A DNA stretch of 64,000 bases from an uncultured Nitrososphaerota archaeon (GTDB lineage: Archaea; Thermoproteota; Nitrososphaeria; Nitrososphaerales; Gagatemarchaeaceae). This document shows positions 49,421-58,836 of this stretch, piece after piece. The notes under the pieces are model-generated. The model searched no databases. It had not been told where the DNA came from and saw only the letters and a list, made by a program, of their open reading frames with translations. Position 1 is the first letter of the stretch. Every line of letters begins with the position of its first letter. The stretch spans positions 1,120,001 to 1,184,000 of the forward strand of contig CAVRAG010000008.1 in NCBI GenBank assembly GCA_963718895.1, read 5' to 3'. A program made the position numbers and the translations under genes.

Positions 49421-49606
49421 GAGATAGCAGTCCAGCGACTGCGTAAAGTGGATTTGGGAGTTGGCGCAGGGGATGCTCGGGCCGCACATGGGATTGAAGT
49501 ACGACCTGCTGGCACTCACCACAGGAACTGCGAAGACGAATGCTACTGCTAGGACGACGACAAAGAGAATCACCTTTCGACTCAACCCTCCGCGTGGTAG
49601 TCTCAT
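49337..49606 (-). CDS. Small membrane-anchored Cys-containing protein
   Basis: RKVILFVVVLAVAFVFAVPVV anchor; the repeated promoter box is upstream. Confidence 0.55.
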   Translation of the reverse strand: MRLPRGGLSRKVILFVVVLAVAFVFAVPVVSASRSYFNPMCGPSIPCANSQIHFTQSLDCYLLGAGPGQWIGVYSYDRSFGVGCGPLLF

Positions 49607-49740
49607 CCCTGCGTCGAATGCTTGTTGCGTTGCTTCTTGATTAATAGTTATGTCCGAACTCAACCTTCTTCTTGGTACGACTTCCAGTACCGCTCGAAGT
49701 ATCCAGAAACCGTTCGGACAAAGGCGTATATCGAAGCAGG

Positions 49741-50265
49741 ATGCCAACCGAGTCGACTTGCATGAAGCGAGGAGTGAAGTTGGGTCTCAGCCTGGTGGTT
49801 GCCCTGCTCGTAGTCTCGGTCTTTGGCTACGCACTCTTCGGGAGGCCGACTGGAAACACGCAGACTTCGTCTGGGCTGTCATACTCAATTGAAATCCGTT
49901 CCCTCAACTCCACCATGAGCGTTAACGCTGGTTCGACGGTGGACTTCATGTTCAATGTGACCTCTCCCGTTGTGGGGCCGCTTTACTTCTACGCCAGCGA
50001 CGTCCCTGCGCCAGGGTCGCACTGGAGCGTCAGGCTCCAGAACGTAACGACGGGCAACATCGAACTTCCCCCGGGAGTGCAGGTGTCGTACCCTACGGGG
50101 CAGGCGGTGTTTGGCACGAGCCACGCGATTCTGACGCTAAGGGTCACCTTCTCACAGGCCGTCAATGGAACCGTGGGTCTGGCCGTGGGTGCACTCCAGC
50201 AAGTGAGCCCAGATCAAGTGCTTGGGGACGGGAGTGGCTTCTATATCACAGTAAATCGGACGTAA
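49741..50265 (+). CDS. Membrane-anchored Ig-like protein
   Basis: N-terminal TM plus beta-rich domain; CGTTCGGACAAA...TATAT upstream. Confidence 0.65.
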   Translation: MPTESTCMKRGVKLGLSLVVALLVVSVFGYALFGRPTGNTQTSSGLSYSIEIRSLNSTMSVNAGSTVDFMFNVTSPVVGPLYFYASDVPAPGSHWSVRLQNVTTGNIELPPGVQVSYPTGQAVFGTSHAILTLRVTFSQAVNGTVGLAVGALQQVSPDQVLGDGSGFYITVNRT

Positions 50266-50409
50266 CCGTTGCTGGCTGATTGCGAAGATTTCCGAATGAG
50301 GAATGCCTGAGCTTCTTGATGAGTAGTTCTGTTCGAACTACGCCCTGTTGGTACCACAGCAATAACGGGAGTTGAGAGCATCGGCTCCCGAGAGGTCGAG
50401 AGTAGATTT

Positions 50410-50979
50410 CTAGGGACTCGGAGGCAGAGCTTCCGAATCGATATTCCAGTATCCCATTATCCTTCTCCCCCAGACCTCTGCGACGACGACAGTGCCCGAC
50501 GATAGGGCCATTACGTAGCCATACGCAATCAGCACTGGAGTGTGTTCCTGGACGCTGATGAATGTTATGAGGAGACCCCAACCAAGGAGAGACAGGCTCG
50601 ACAGGATCGTAATCCTTCGGAATCCGAGGAGCGCAATGGACGCGGCGATGATTGGCAAGACGACAAAGAACAGGGCGCCGGAAGACGTGAAGGTCGAAAC
50701 TCCTCCCGGATAGGTGTAAGTGATGGCTGGCGGCGTGTATCCGCCGAGATAGGTGTTCGAGGCCCCCCACTGGACGAGATAGAATCCCAACGAGAGGTAG
50801 TTGAGAGAGCCGGGCGGGACAACCACCGCCGGTCCGCACAGGCCGAAGCTGATGAAGCCCGGTCCGCCACATGACACAGTAGGAGCGACCGCCTGCACCG
50901 GAATGAAGGGGACAAAGAAGACCAGCAAGAATGCTGACAACACAGCGACTGCGCCTAGTCGGAGCCACTTTACCTGCAT
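50410..50979 (-). CDS. Four-TM membrane protein
   Basis: N-terminus (FLLVFFVPFIP...C....C) resembles 49337..49606; three further TMs. Confidence 0.6.
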   Translation of the reverse strand: MQVKWLRLGAVAVLSAFLLVFFVPFIPVQAVAPTVSCGGPGFISFGLCGPAVVVPPGSLNYLSLGFYLVQWGASNTYLGGYTPPAITYTYPGGVSTFTSSGALFFVVLPIIAASIALLGFRRITILSSLSLLGWGLLITFISVQEHTPVLIAYGYVMALSSGTVVVAEVWGRRIMGYWNIDSEALPPSP

Positions 50980-51079
50980 GCGCGAGCCATTTTGTAAGGC
51001 ACCAAGACGGCATTAAAGCTTGCTGGACGCATCATCCACAATATCTCTCGCATTATAAGCAGCCGAATCCTCCCATTCT

Positions 51080-53506
51080 GTGTCCCGCACCATCGACTAT
51101 GAGGACATGATGTTCCACGCCCTCTTCATCGGGTCGACCGGCGCTGGAAAGACCAACGCCCTTCTCTACTGGCTACTAGGACTCTTCTCCGGCCGAAAAG
51201 ATGCGGCCCTGGTCCTTATCGACCCGCACGGGGATGCCGCGCTCGACCTCGTCCGCCACATTCCCGAGGCTGAGAGAGACAGGATTGCCATTCTCGACCC
51301 TAACTTCGTCTCGTTCGGGCTCAATCCTCTTTCGCTCCCCCAAGGGGTGGAAATCGGCGACAGGGTCCAGGTGCTCCAGACTCAGGTCGAGGAGCTATCG
51401 GCCCTCCTCTCAGACGTCTTCAACACCGACGCGTCGACCGCCCCACGCCTGATGTGGATCTTCAAGGGCGCGCTGTATTACCTCTACACCCTGGACGACA
51501 ACCCGACCTTCAAGGACCTCTACAGAATCCTGGTGGACTTCATCTCCCTGCCGAAGGAGATGATAGAGAGGATGCTCAGGACCAAGGACCTCAAGGACGA
51601 GATAATCCGGAGCACTATAGACGCCATCTCGAAGCTCCAGAAGGACGCCTTCGCGCCCGTCGTGAACAGGATCTCGAACTTCGTCCTCCCTCCGCAGTCG
51701 ATGACCTCGCGGACCTTCTGCGCCCGCACGAGCAAGCTCGACTTCGACGAGATGACGACGCCCGGGAGGCTCACGATCTTCAGGATAACGAAGTCGCTGC
51801 CCTATGACTTCCGGAGGCTCATCTCCGCTTCCATAGTGATGAGGTTCTACTTCGAGGTGGAGAAGCGGGCCGCGAAGCTAGAGAGGGCCGGAGAGACGCC
51901 GTCCGCGAGGACCCCGATCATCCTTGCGGTCGACGAGTTCCAGAACATAAGCGACCTGAAGCTGCTCGACACCATCCTCTCCGAGTCGAGGAAGTACGGT
52001 CTCTATCTCTGGATCGTGAACCAGAACATCAGGCAGATACGGGAAGAGCTCTACAGCGCGATATGCGGGAACGTCGGGCCGATATTCTGCTTCAGGGTGG
52101 GGCCGGACGACGCCTCGAAGATGTCCGAGCTCATCTCCCCGCGCTCGAGCGACGAGGTCAGGAAGGCGCTCATCTCCCTGCCAGACTACACCTGCGTCGT
52201 CAGGAAGAGGCCTCACGGCGAGGACGTCGCGAGCAAGCCGCTGCTTCTAGAGCCGTTCCCCAAAGTCAGGGAGCCCCTGTGCGAGATGAAGGAAGTCATC
52301 GACTACATGAAGAACGAGATGGAGGAGAGGTACGGCGGGGCGGAAGAGGCGACCGACCTCGTCTACAAGAGCTTCTACGACCAGATCACGGGGTCGAGGG
52401 GCGACGACACCCACGACAACTCGAGGGTCCCCTTCATGCCGGTCCACTGGAAGATACTCACGACGGGATACCTCAAGGTCCTCTCTGACGAGTACTCCAT
52501 CGAGTTCTCGCGCATCAGGTCTGAGCTGTACCACAAGTATTCCTGGCAGACGTCGACCGTCCAGCAGGCGCTCAACGACCTCGTGAACACCGGCTACCTC
52601 ACACAGACCTTCGCCCGCCAGGAGTACGTGATGAAGGGCAAGGATGTCTACGGGAACCCGATAATGGTCCCTCCCGACCCGTCGGTGAAGGACGACATGG
52701 AGCGGGCCAAGACGGTCGTGTACAGCCTGACCCCCAGAGCAATGGACTGGTTCAAGATGAAGGTGGGCCCCTCCAAGATGGGAGACCCGAAGCACGGGCG
52801 TGTAATAGAAAAGCTGCTGAAGGAGGACTACTGGCCTCTGGGGTACTACTGCGTGGTTGACTGGGGCGAGACGAGCCTGGAGAGGCCCGACATCGCCGTG
52901 CTAAAGCCCGCCCCCAAGACGGTCAAGGACAAGCTGGGCAACGACCAGAGGATATCGAACCCGTACGCGTGGGACTACACGACGGCGACAGCCGTGGAGA
53001 TCGAGATGTCGCCCCTGAAGAGCAAGGAGCAGGTGCTCAGGAACTACCGGAAGAACAAGGGGGTCTACGAGCAGATCAGGTTCGTGGTCACCTCGGAGAA
53101 CCACGCGCAGCAGCTCTTGCAAATCCTCGGCGAGGAGGGGACGGCGGACCCCGTCAAGTACAGGGTGGACCTGATCGAGTTCGAGAGCCTGAACACGATT
53201 GAACCAAGACCCCAAGAAGAGAGCAAAGAGCCAGAGGAGCCGGCGAGGACCAATCCTCAGCTGAATCCCGAAGATAGGATTCTCTCTTACATCAAGGAAC
53301 ACGGCTTCACGGGTCGAGAGGACATTGTGCAGAAGTGCAGAGAAGCGGGAATCGAGATTGGACCCAGGCAGGTCTCGAGGTATCTCAAGGTCTTGACCGA
53401 GAAAGGGCTACTGCGAAGGGAAGGCAAGCGGTACGTGCCACCAGATTCATCGATGAAACCGGAGCGTCAGGACACTCTGGGACCCGAAGAGGCTTCCAGC
53501 TCTTGA
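51080..53506 (+). CDS. VirD4/TraG-like coupling ATPase fused to wHTH, PD-(D/E)xK-like and HTH domains
   Basis: HALFIGSTGAGKT, LIDPHGD, AVDEFQN, SESRKYG, VNQ, FRVGPDDA; C-terminal RPDIAV...AVEIEMS and RQVSRYLKVLTEKGLL. Confidence 0.85.
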   Translation: MSRTIDYEDMMFHALFIGSTGAGKTNALLYWLLGLFSGRKDAALVLIDPHGDAALDLVRHIPEAERDRIAILDPNFVSFGLNPLSLPQGVEIGDRVQVLQTQVEELSALLSDVFNTDASTAPRLMWIFKGALYYLYTLDDNPTFKDLYRILVDFISLPKEMIERMLRTKDLKDEIIRSTIDAISKLQKDAFAPVVNRISNFVLPPQSMTSRTFCARTSKLDFDEMTTPGRLTIFRITKSLPYDFRRLISASIVMRFYFEVEKRAAKLERAGETPSARTPIILAVDEFQNISDLKLLDTILSESRKYGLYLWIVNQNIRQIREELYSAICGNVGPIFCFRVGPDDASKMSELISPRSSDEVRKALISLPDYTCVVRKRPHGEDVASKPLLLEPFPKVREPLCEMKEVIDYMKNEMEERYGGAEEATDLVYKSFYDQITGSRGDDTHDNSRVPFMPVHWKILTTGYLKVLSDEYSIEFSRIRSELYHKYSWQTSTVQQALNDLVNTGYLTQTFARQEYVMKGKDVYGNPIMVPPDPSVKDDMERAKTVVYSLTPRAMDWFKMKVGPSKMGDPKHGRVIEKLLKEDYWPLGYYCVVDWGETSLERPDIAVLKPAPKTVKDKLGNDQRISNPYAWDYTTATAVEIEMSPLKSKEQVLRNYRKNKGVYEQIRFVVTSENHAQQLLQILGEEGTADPVKYRVDLIEFESLNTIEPRPQEESKEPEEPARTNPQLNPEDRILSYIKEHGFTGREDIVQKCREAGIEIGPRQVSRYLKVLTEKGLLRREGKRYVPPDSSMKPERQDTLGPEEASSS

Positions 53507-53545
53507 ATGGGCTTTAATAGGAAAAGCACTTCAAGGAATCGGAGA

Positions 53546-54391
53546 ATGTGGGGCAAGGTGAACGAGAAAGTGGAGACCCTCTGGCCCTACGGCGGCTTCA
53601 CAGTCGGGGCATCGGAGAGGAAACTGGGCGAGGGAAAGCTCACCCTTACAGAGCAGTCTCTGCTTTTTGAGGCAAAGACCGGCGAAACGATTGGGTTCGA
53701 CCTCCCCACTCTCAGACTCGTGAGGCTCAAGGACACCCACACCGTCGAACTCGCTTACTCGATTCAAGGCGAACTCCGAAATGCATCCCTACGAATCGTG
53801 TGCACCTTCACCGACGGGACCGAAAGGGAAGAGCTGCCTCCGGATGAAGACCCCTATCGGATGAGCCTCTTCCGAGCGATAACTGGAGGCGTGCTTGCAA
53901 GGTTCCTTGCGGATCATGCGAGCACGAGGGAGGAGGGTTTGACGAGGATGACGGATGAAAAGTTCGAAACTCGAATCAAAGACCTAGAGAGGAACATTGG
54001 CCTGTTCCCCGACAAGAAGCAGTATGAGGATAATGTATGGTGGGATGATGAACTGAAGAAACGTTCGTTAGAGGAAGCGGAGTCTGAATTGAAGGTCTGG
54101 GATGACCCTTACAGGGACAAGTTGTACTTCACCGGTACGAATCCGAGGATGACCGTCGACAATGCGTTCGAGAAGCTAGACATCTTGCAAGAGGATTGGG
54201 TGAATGGAAGAATCAGTCCGATTCAGCGAGCAAAGTGCGTCGCTATGGATTACGCTATCGAGATGCGGATGTCACAGATGGGCTATACTGACAATCGGGG
54301 AGGCTCAGCTGAATCTTGGAAAGCCAGCGCTGAGAAACTTGCTCGGTTTGAGAAGGCTCATCTCGGCGTAGACATCCTACACATCGCCTAG
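53546..54391 (+). CDS. Hypothetical protein, N-terminal PH-like region
   Basis: GKLTLTEQSLLFE beta pattern; start is approximate. Confidence 0.55.
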   Translation: MWGKVNEKVETLWPYGGFTVGASERKLGEGKLTLTEQSLLFEAKTGETIGFDLPTLRLVRLKDTHTVELAYSIQGELRNASLRIVCTFTDGTEREELPPDEDPYRMSLFRAITGGVLARFLADHASTREEGLTRMTDEKFETRIKDLERNIGLFPDKKQYEDNVWWDDELKKRSLEEAESELKVWDDPYRDKLYFTGTNPRMTVDNAFEKLDILQEDWVNGRISPIQRAKCVAMDYAIEMRMSQMGYTDNRGGSAESWKASAEKLARFEKAHLGVDILHIA

Positions 54392-56570
54392 CTCGGGCTT
54401 ATTCCTAGCTGTTGCTGCCTTCAATCCTTGTGCTTGGGCCCCTTCAATCGCGCTCTTCAGGTTGGCTGTTCGGCCGAGACCCTCCTGCGTCAGGTTTCCC
54501 AAGGCGTCCCGTTCTGATATCGTATTGAGCTGCACCTTGTAGGTCTCAGCGAATTCTGCCTGCGCGCGTGGATCTCTGGCCAAAGCCTGGTACTGGTTGA
54601 CATTGATTATGTGGTTCTGCCTCGCTTGGGAAAGAAACTGGGCGGGGGCGACCTGGCTTTGCTGCGTGTACCAACGGTTCAAAGCCGGAGCCTGCGAGGT
54701 CAGGAAGTCTGGGGCAGGGCTCGATGTCGTGGCTGCGTTGAAGATAAGTGTCCCTATGGCCTGATTCCCATCCTGCAGTGCTGTGGAGGTTTCGAACTCC
54801 TGTGCAGCCTGCTGCCTGACCGCATTGATCTGCCCTATTCCGCGAGACACAGAGGCGGAGCTGCTCAGGGGAGCTACAGTCGATATCGACTTGGCCGCGC
54901 TGTACGCGCCCATTCCTGCTAGGACTCCCGTGGCTCCGACCACGGCCATGTTCTTCAGCGAATGGGGGGCCGCATAGAGGAGCCTCTCGCCGAGTCCCAT
55001 GCTCTGCATGGTGCTGGCTGCTTCCTGACCTATCGTCTGAGGCGCCGCGCCCAGAGCGCCCGATGCTCCCTTGCCAAGGCTGCCTAGGGCTCCCATCCCA
55101 CCCGCTCCTCCCGCCCCGCCAATGCCTCCTGCTGCGGCTCCCGCAACAGGTGCTGCTGCAGCTCCGGCCATCGAGGCTGCCACCCCTACCCCGACCATCG
55201 CCGCCTGCGAAGCAGTCTGGAAGAGCGTGCCAGTCAGAGGAGCGAAGACGGTCGGAATCAATACGGCAGTGAAGAGGGCCGCAGCGGCCACCCAGTTCGA
55301 TATCCCGTTTATTCCGGTGCTGGCGAAGATGGTCGCGCTCCAGACAGGACCGCTTGGAGCGTCGGCAAGGACGTAGGCCGCCACCCCGATGGCTATCGAG
55401 CTCATGAGCGACGCGAGCATCAGCCCATAGAGTGTGTCCTCGACCATCGAGCTCAGCTTCCTAGCGAATGGAACTTGTTTGAGAGCCAAGGAGATTGGGA
55501 ACCCTATCACCATGACCGTAATCAGCCAGATCCGGATTACCCCAAGGAAAATGGTCATCAGGTAGACGATGAGGGCGACGAGCCAGCCGGCCACGCTCGT
55601 TATCGGGGAGACGAGGATGCCCCAGATGCCCCCTCCCTGCGCCCACGAGAGCAGCTTGCCCCAGACGAGGCTGACCTGCAGGCTATAGTCGGTGTACGGA
55701 AGGTTTGGGCCGGCAATTATCGTCATGTCGAGGTAGTTTGTGAGGAGGGCGATGTTGTTGTAGATCACCGGGAAGAGGACGATGAAGAGCACCGCGAGGA
55801 CGAAATCGAGCACGACGTTCTTCCTCTCGTCCCCGGTGTACTGCTTGTTGGCGAGGGCGATGAGGAGCCCTCCTCCGGCCAGGATTATCGCAATGATGAA
55901 GACGAAGTCGTAGAAGCCTTGCAACGGAAGCCCACAGGGCGAGGTCGTGGGAGCACAGTGGACGGTCGTGCCCAGGGTGGTCTCGTTGAAGAGGGGCATC
56001 TCCATCACCAGCTGGAACATCTGGGTGGACCCGCTCGTCACGGAGACGGTCACGCGTGGAGTTCGCGAGAAGGCAAGCGCCGGTGAAGCACCCTGACTGC
56101 GAGGAAGCGGCGACCCAGTATGTGTAGCCGTCGATGAACGGCTTGCAGAAGCCGGAGTCCACCTGCGGGTTGTTCACGACTCCTGCCTGGCTCTGGCCGG
56201 GGAAGCCTATCGGGCTTGGGCTGAAATCAGACTGGGGGAGGGCCAGCGTCTGGGTTTCCGGCTTGTCGGTCGCTTGGTCGTGGCCGTAGATCGTGACGAA
56301 ACCCTCGAAATAGACATTGCCGGAGTAGGTGCCCGAGGCCGAGACCCCGCCGCTGGCCTGATAGGAGCCGTGGGATGGGAACAGTGGAAGACCGCAACCG
56401 AAGGGCGAGTTGGCGTTCACGTTGATGTCAGGCGAGAGGTTGAGGCTTCCAGGTCCTGCGGCCATGACAAAGGGGACCGCGAATGAAGCGAGGAGGATGA
56501 TGAAGACCGCGAAGCGCGCGCTCTTCCTGTAGTAGCCCGCGACGAGCCTGATGGTCTTCCTGACTGGCAT
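54377..56570 (-). CDS. VirB6/TrbL-like mating-pore membrane protein; probable 1-nt frameshift near 56055
   Basis: Signal plus extracellular domain (ORF 55683..56570) continues in another frame into ~7 TMs and a Gly/Ala-rich tail (ORF 54377..56053). Confidence 0.7.
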
Positions 56571-56636
56571 CTCTCAAGGACCAGCTTAGCGAATAAAAGA
56601 GGGGGAGAGGGAACTGCGCGGCTCCCTCTATCGGCC

Positions 56637-56978
56637 TCAGTCTTCTCTTGTCACGAGCAGGCTTCCGACCAGCCTTATCGCCTCGATCACGGTCACTATC
56701 GCGACGATGAAGAGGAGAGCCGTGTTGAGCAGGGTCAGCAGCACCGTCGGGAGGGTCGGGCCGCCGGGTAGCCAGATTGCGCTGACGCCGTTGGCCGTAC
56801 ACGCCGCCGCGGCGCACGCCGAGATTCCGTACCCGACGACCGGAAGGGATGTCGCCCCCGCTGCGCTCGCCAGGATGTACAGGAAGAACTGTACGATCAG
56901 CGGGACCGAAAGTGCCACTAGAAGGATGATGATCCGTTCGCGGGTCTGTCCGAGGGTTGATGCGTTACGAGAACTCAT
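56637..56978 (-). CDS. Small two-TM protein, candidate pilin/VirB2-like subunit
   Basis: 113 aa, two hydrophobic helices, upstream of the VirB6-like gene. The pilin role is inference. Confidence 0.45.
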   Translation of the reverse strand: MSSRNASTLGQTRERIIILLVALSVPLIVQFFLYILASAAGATSLPVVGYGISACAAAACTANGVSAIWLPGGPTLPTVLLTLLNTALLFIVAIVTVIEAIRLVGSLLVTRED

Positions 56979-57030
56979 GCAACCTTGGTTGAACTCAGGT
57001 TAAAACGGGCCTGAGAATCGGATTTCTCTA

Positions 57031-57579
57031 CTACTGAGATGGATTTGGCAAGCTCGTCCCGTTCGTTATTGGCTGACCGTTGTAGTATGCCTGGCTGTAG
57101 TTGCTGTTGAACGTGACGCCCGGCTTTAGCACGAGCAGGTGAGTTTGGAGGCTGACGTAGAACACATCAGAGTACCCGTTCGCAACCATTGGGCGCAGGT
57201 TGGGGTCAGCCGTCACGTTGAGCCACGCTGCGTTCTGCTCTATCGTCGCTACTTGACCCAACCCTATGCCGGATGGCGCAAACGGGCCGGGTGGAAGCTT
57301 TCCACCGAGCTGGCAGGACAACTGCGTGCCTCCGCCCAGTATCGCGCCGTTTGTGGTGTTGTATGTGATCAGGTAGGTGTATCCCGGAATCGGCGCATCC
57401 TTGAAGAGGTCTGTCGGCACCGGCTGATTGATGTTTGAGGAGCTGCATGTGACGGTGCTCTGTGTCGTTCCCGCCGACGGGAAATAGTAACTCGAGACCG
57501 CCGCAAGAATCGCTATGCCGAATATCACCACGGCGGCTCCCGCGCCGATTTCCTTTCGGTATCCTTTGAGGGCGCTCAA
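57031..57579 (-). CDS. Membrane-anchored extracellular protein
   Basis: N-terminal TM; divergent from the membrane HTH regulator. Confidence 0.65.
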   Translation of the reverse strand: MSALKGYRKEIGAGAAVVIFGIAILAAVSSYYFPSAGTTQSTVTCSSSNINQPVPTDLFKDAPIPGYTYLITYNTTNGAILGGGTQLSCQLGGKLPPGPFAPSGIGLGQVATIEQNAAWLNVTADPNLRPMVANGYSDVFYVSLQTHLLVLKPGVTFNSNYSQAYYNGQPITNGTSLPNPSQ

Positions 57580-57695
57580 TTCAATCGCTGCTTGAGAATA
57601 GCATGAGGTGGAGGTATAATACTACGGTTTTGGCCCCGCATACGAACCAATTACAACTTTTAGATTGATAAGCATCTGGCGCCCGGAGAAGGTAG

Positions 57696-58121
57696 ATGTC
57701 CAAGGAGGGTCCTGACAGCGATGATGACGTTCTCAAGGGGACTACCCTCCGCGTCTACAGGTTCATCTTCAAGGAAGGCAAGCCCGTCCGAATATACGAG
57801 ATTCAAAGGGCTCTGAAGATGAGCTCTCCCTCGCTCGCTCAATATCACGTCTCGAAGCTGCTGCGGGCAGGATTGATCAAAGAGTCCGAGAATGGCTACA
57901 CGGTAGACAGAGTGCTCTTCGGCAATCTGGTGCGGGTCAGGCGCATGGTTGTGCCTTTTCAGATCACGTACACAATCCTGTTCGCCTCCGCCCTCGTGGT
58001 CATGCTCACAATCCTCCGTCCACCGACGCTCACCTCCCTCTACGTGTTTGCGCTTGTCGTGGTCTGGATCGCTCTCGCAGCTTCACTCTACGAGAGCCTG
58101 AAGGCAATCAGGGGACTGTGA
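57696..58121 (+). CDS. HTH regulator with two C-terminal TM helices
   Basis: KGTTLRVYRFI...MSSPSLAQYHVSKL. Confidence 0.8.
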   Translation: MSKEGPDSDDDVLKGTTLRVYRFIFKEGKPVRIYEIQRALKMSSPSLAQYHVSKLLRAGLIKESENGYTVDRVLFGNLVRVRRMVVPFQITYTILFASALVVMLTILRPPTLTSLYVFALVVVWIALAASLYESLKAIRGL

Positions 58122-58167
58122 CCCGAAGCCGATCCAGATGTTTTAAGGTCGCCATGCCTCGACACGT

Positions 58168-58836
58168 GTGTCAGAGTCTATCTGGTGGGCTGACCTTTCG
58201 TGGTGGGAAAGAAAATCGCTTCCCCTTGGGTTCATCACACTCTCCCTTCGACAGTTAGGGACGATGCTATTCTCATTCGCGGCTGCGTTCGTAATCTCTC
58301 TACCCTTCGAGTTTCCGATAGCGGGAGCAACTTTCGGGGGAAGAGCGGCGATCTTCTGCCTCGTCTTCGGGATAGGCTACATGATCTCGAGCAGGCGGGT
58401 GAAGCTGCTTCCAATCGAACTTCAGGCATTCTATTTTCTCCGGACGGAAGGGCTAACCAAGGCGAAATTAGCCCTGTTAGGGTCTAAGAGGCACGAGATT
58501 GACCCTCCTGGTGACGCGGGGCTGCAATCCGGGTTGCAGGTAGTCTCCGTGGAGGATTTCAAGAATCCTGTACCCCTTACAGTCTCGGACGCGGTGAAGA
58601 ACATTCAGAAGGAGACGAGGGTGCTGCTCTTCCTAGACGAGCAAGCAAGGGGAGAAGACGTCGTTTCGCCGCAGAAGCCGAGATACAGACTGTCCTACGT
58701 CCCACTTCAGGCTGATGTGGGCAAGCATCTGCTCACGGTCAGGCTGGACGGCTCGGTCGAGCCGCTGGTTTCGTTCGAGCTTCTCGTGCAAGGAAGGACG
58801 ATGGATGTCGTCGAGTCGATTACGAGGGTAAAGTGA
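58168..58836 (+). CDS. PrgI/VirB3-like membrane protein
   Basis: LSLRQL plus two TMs; 4-bp overlap with the VirB4-like gene. Confidence 0.55.
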   Translation: MSESIWWADLSWWERKSLPLGFITLSLRQLGTMLFSFAAAFVISLPFEFPIAGATFGGRAAIFCLVFGIGYMISSRRVKLLPIELQAFYFLRTEGLTKAKLALLGSKRHEIDPPGDAGLQSGLQVVSVEDFKNPVPLTVSDAVKNIQKETRVLLFLDEQARGEDVVSPQKPRYRLSYVPLQADVGKHLLTVRLDGSVEPLVSFELLVQGRTMDVVESITRVK

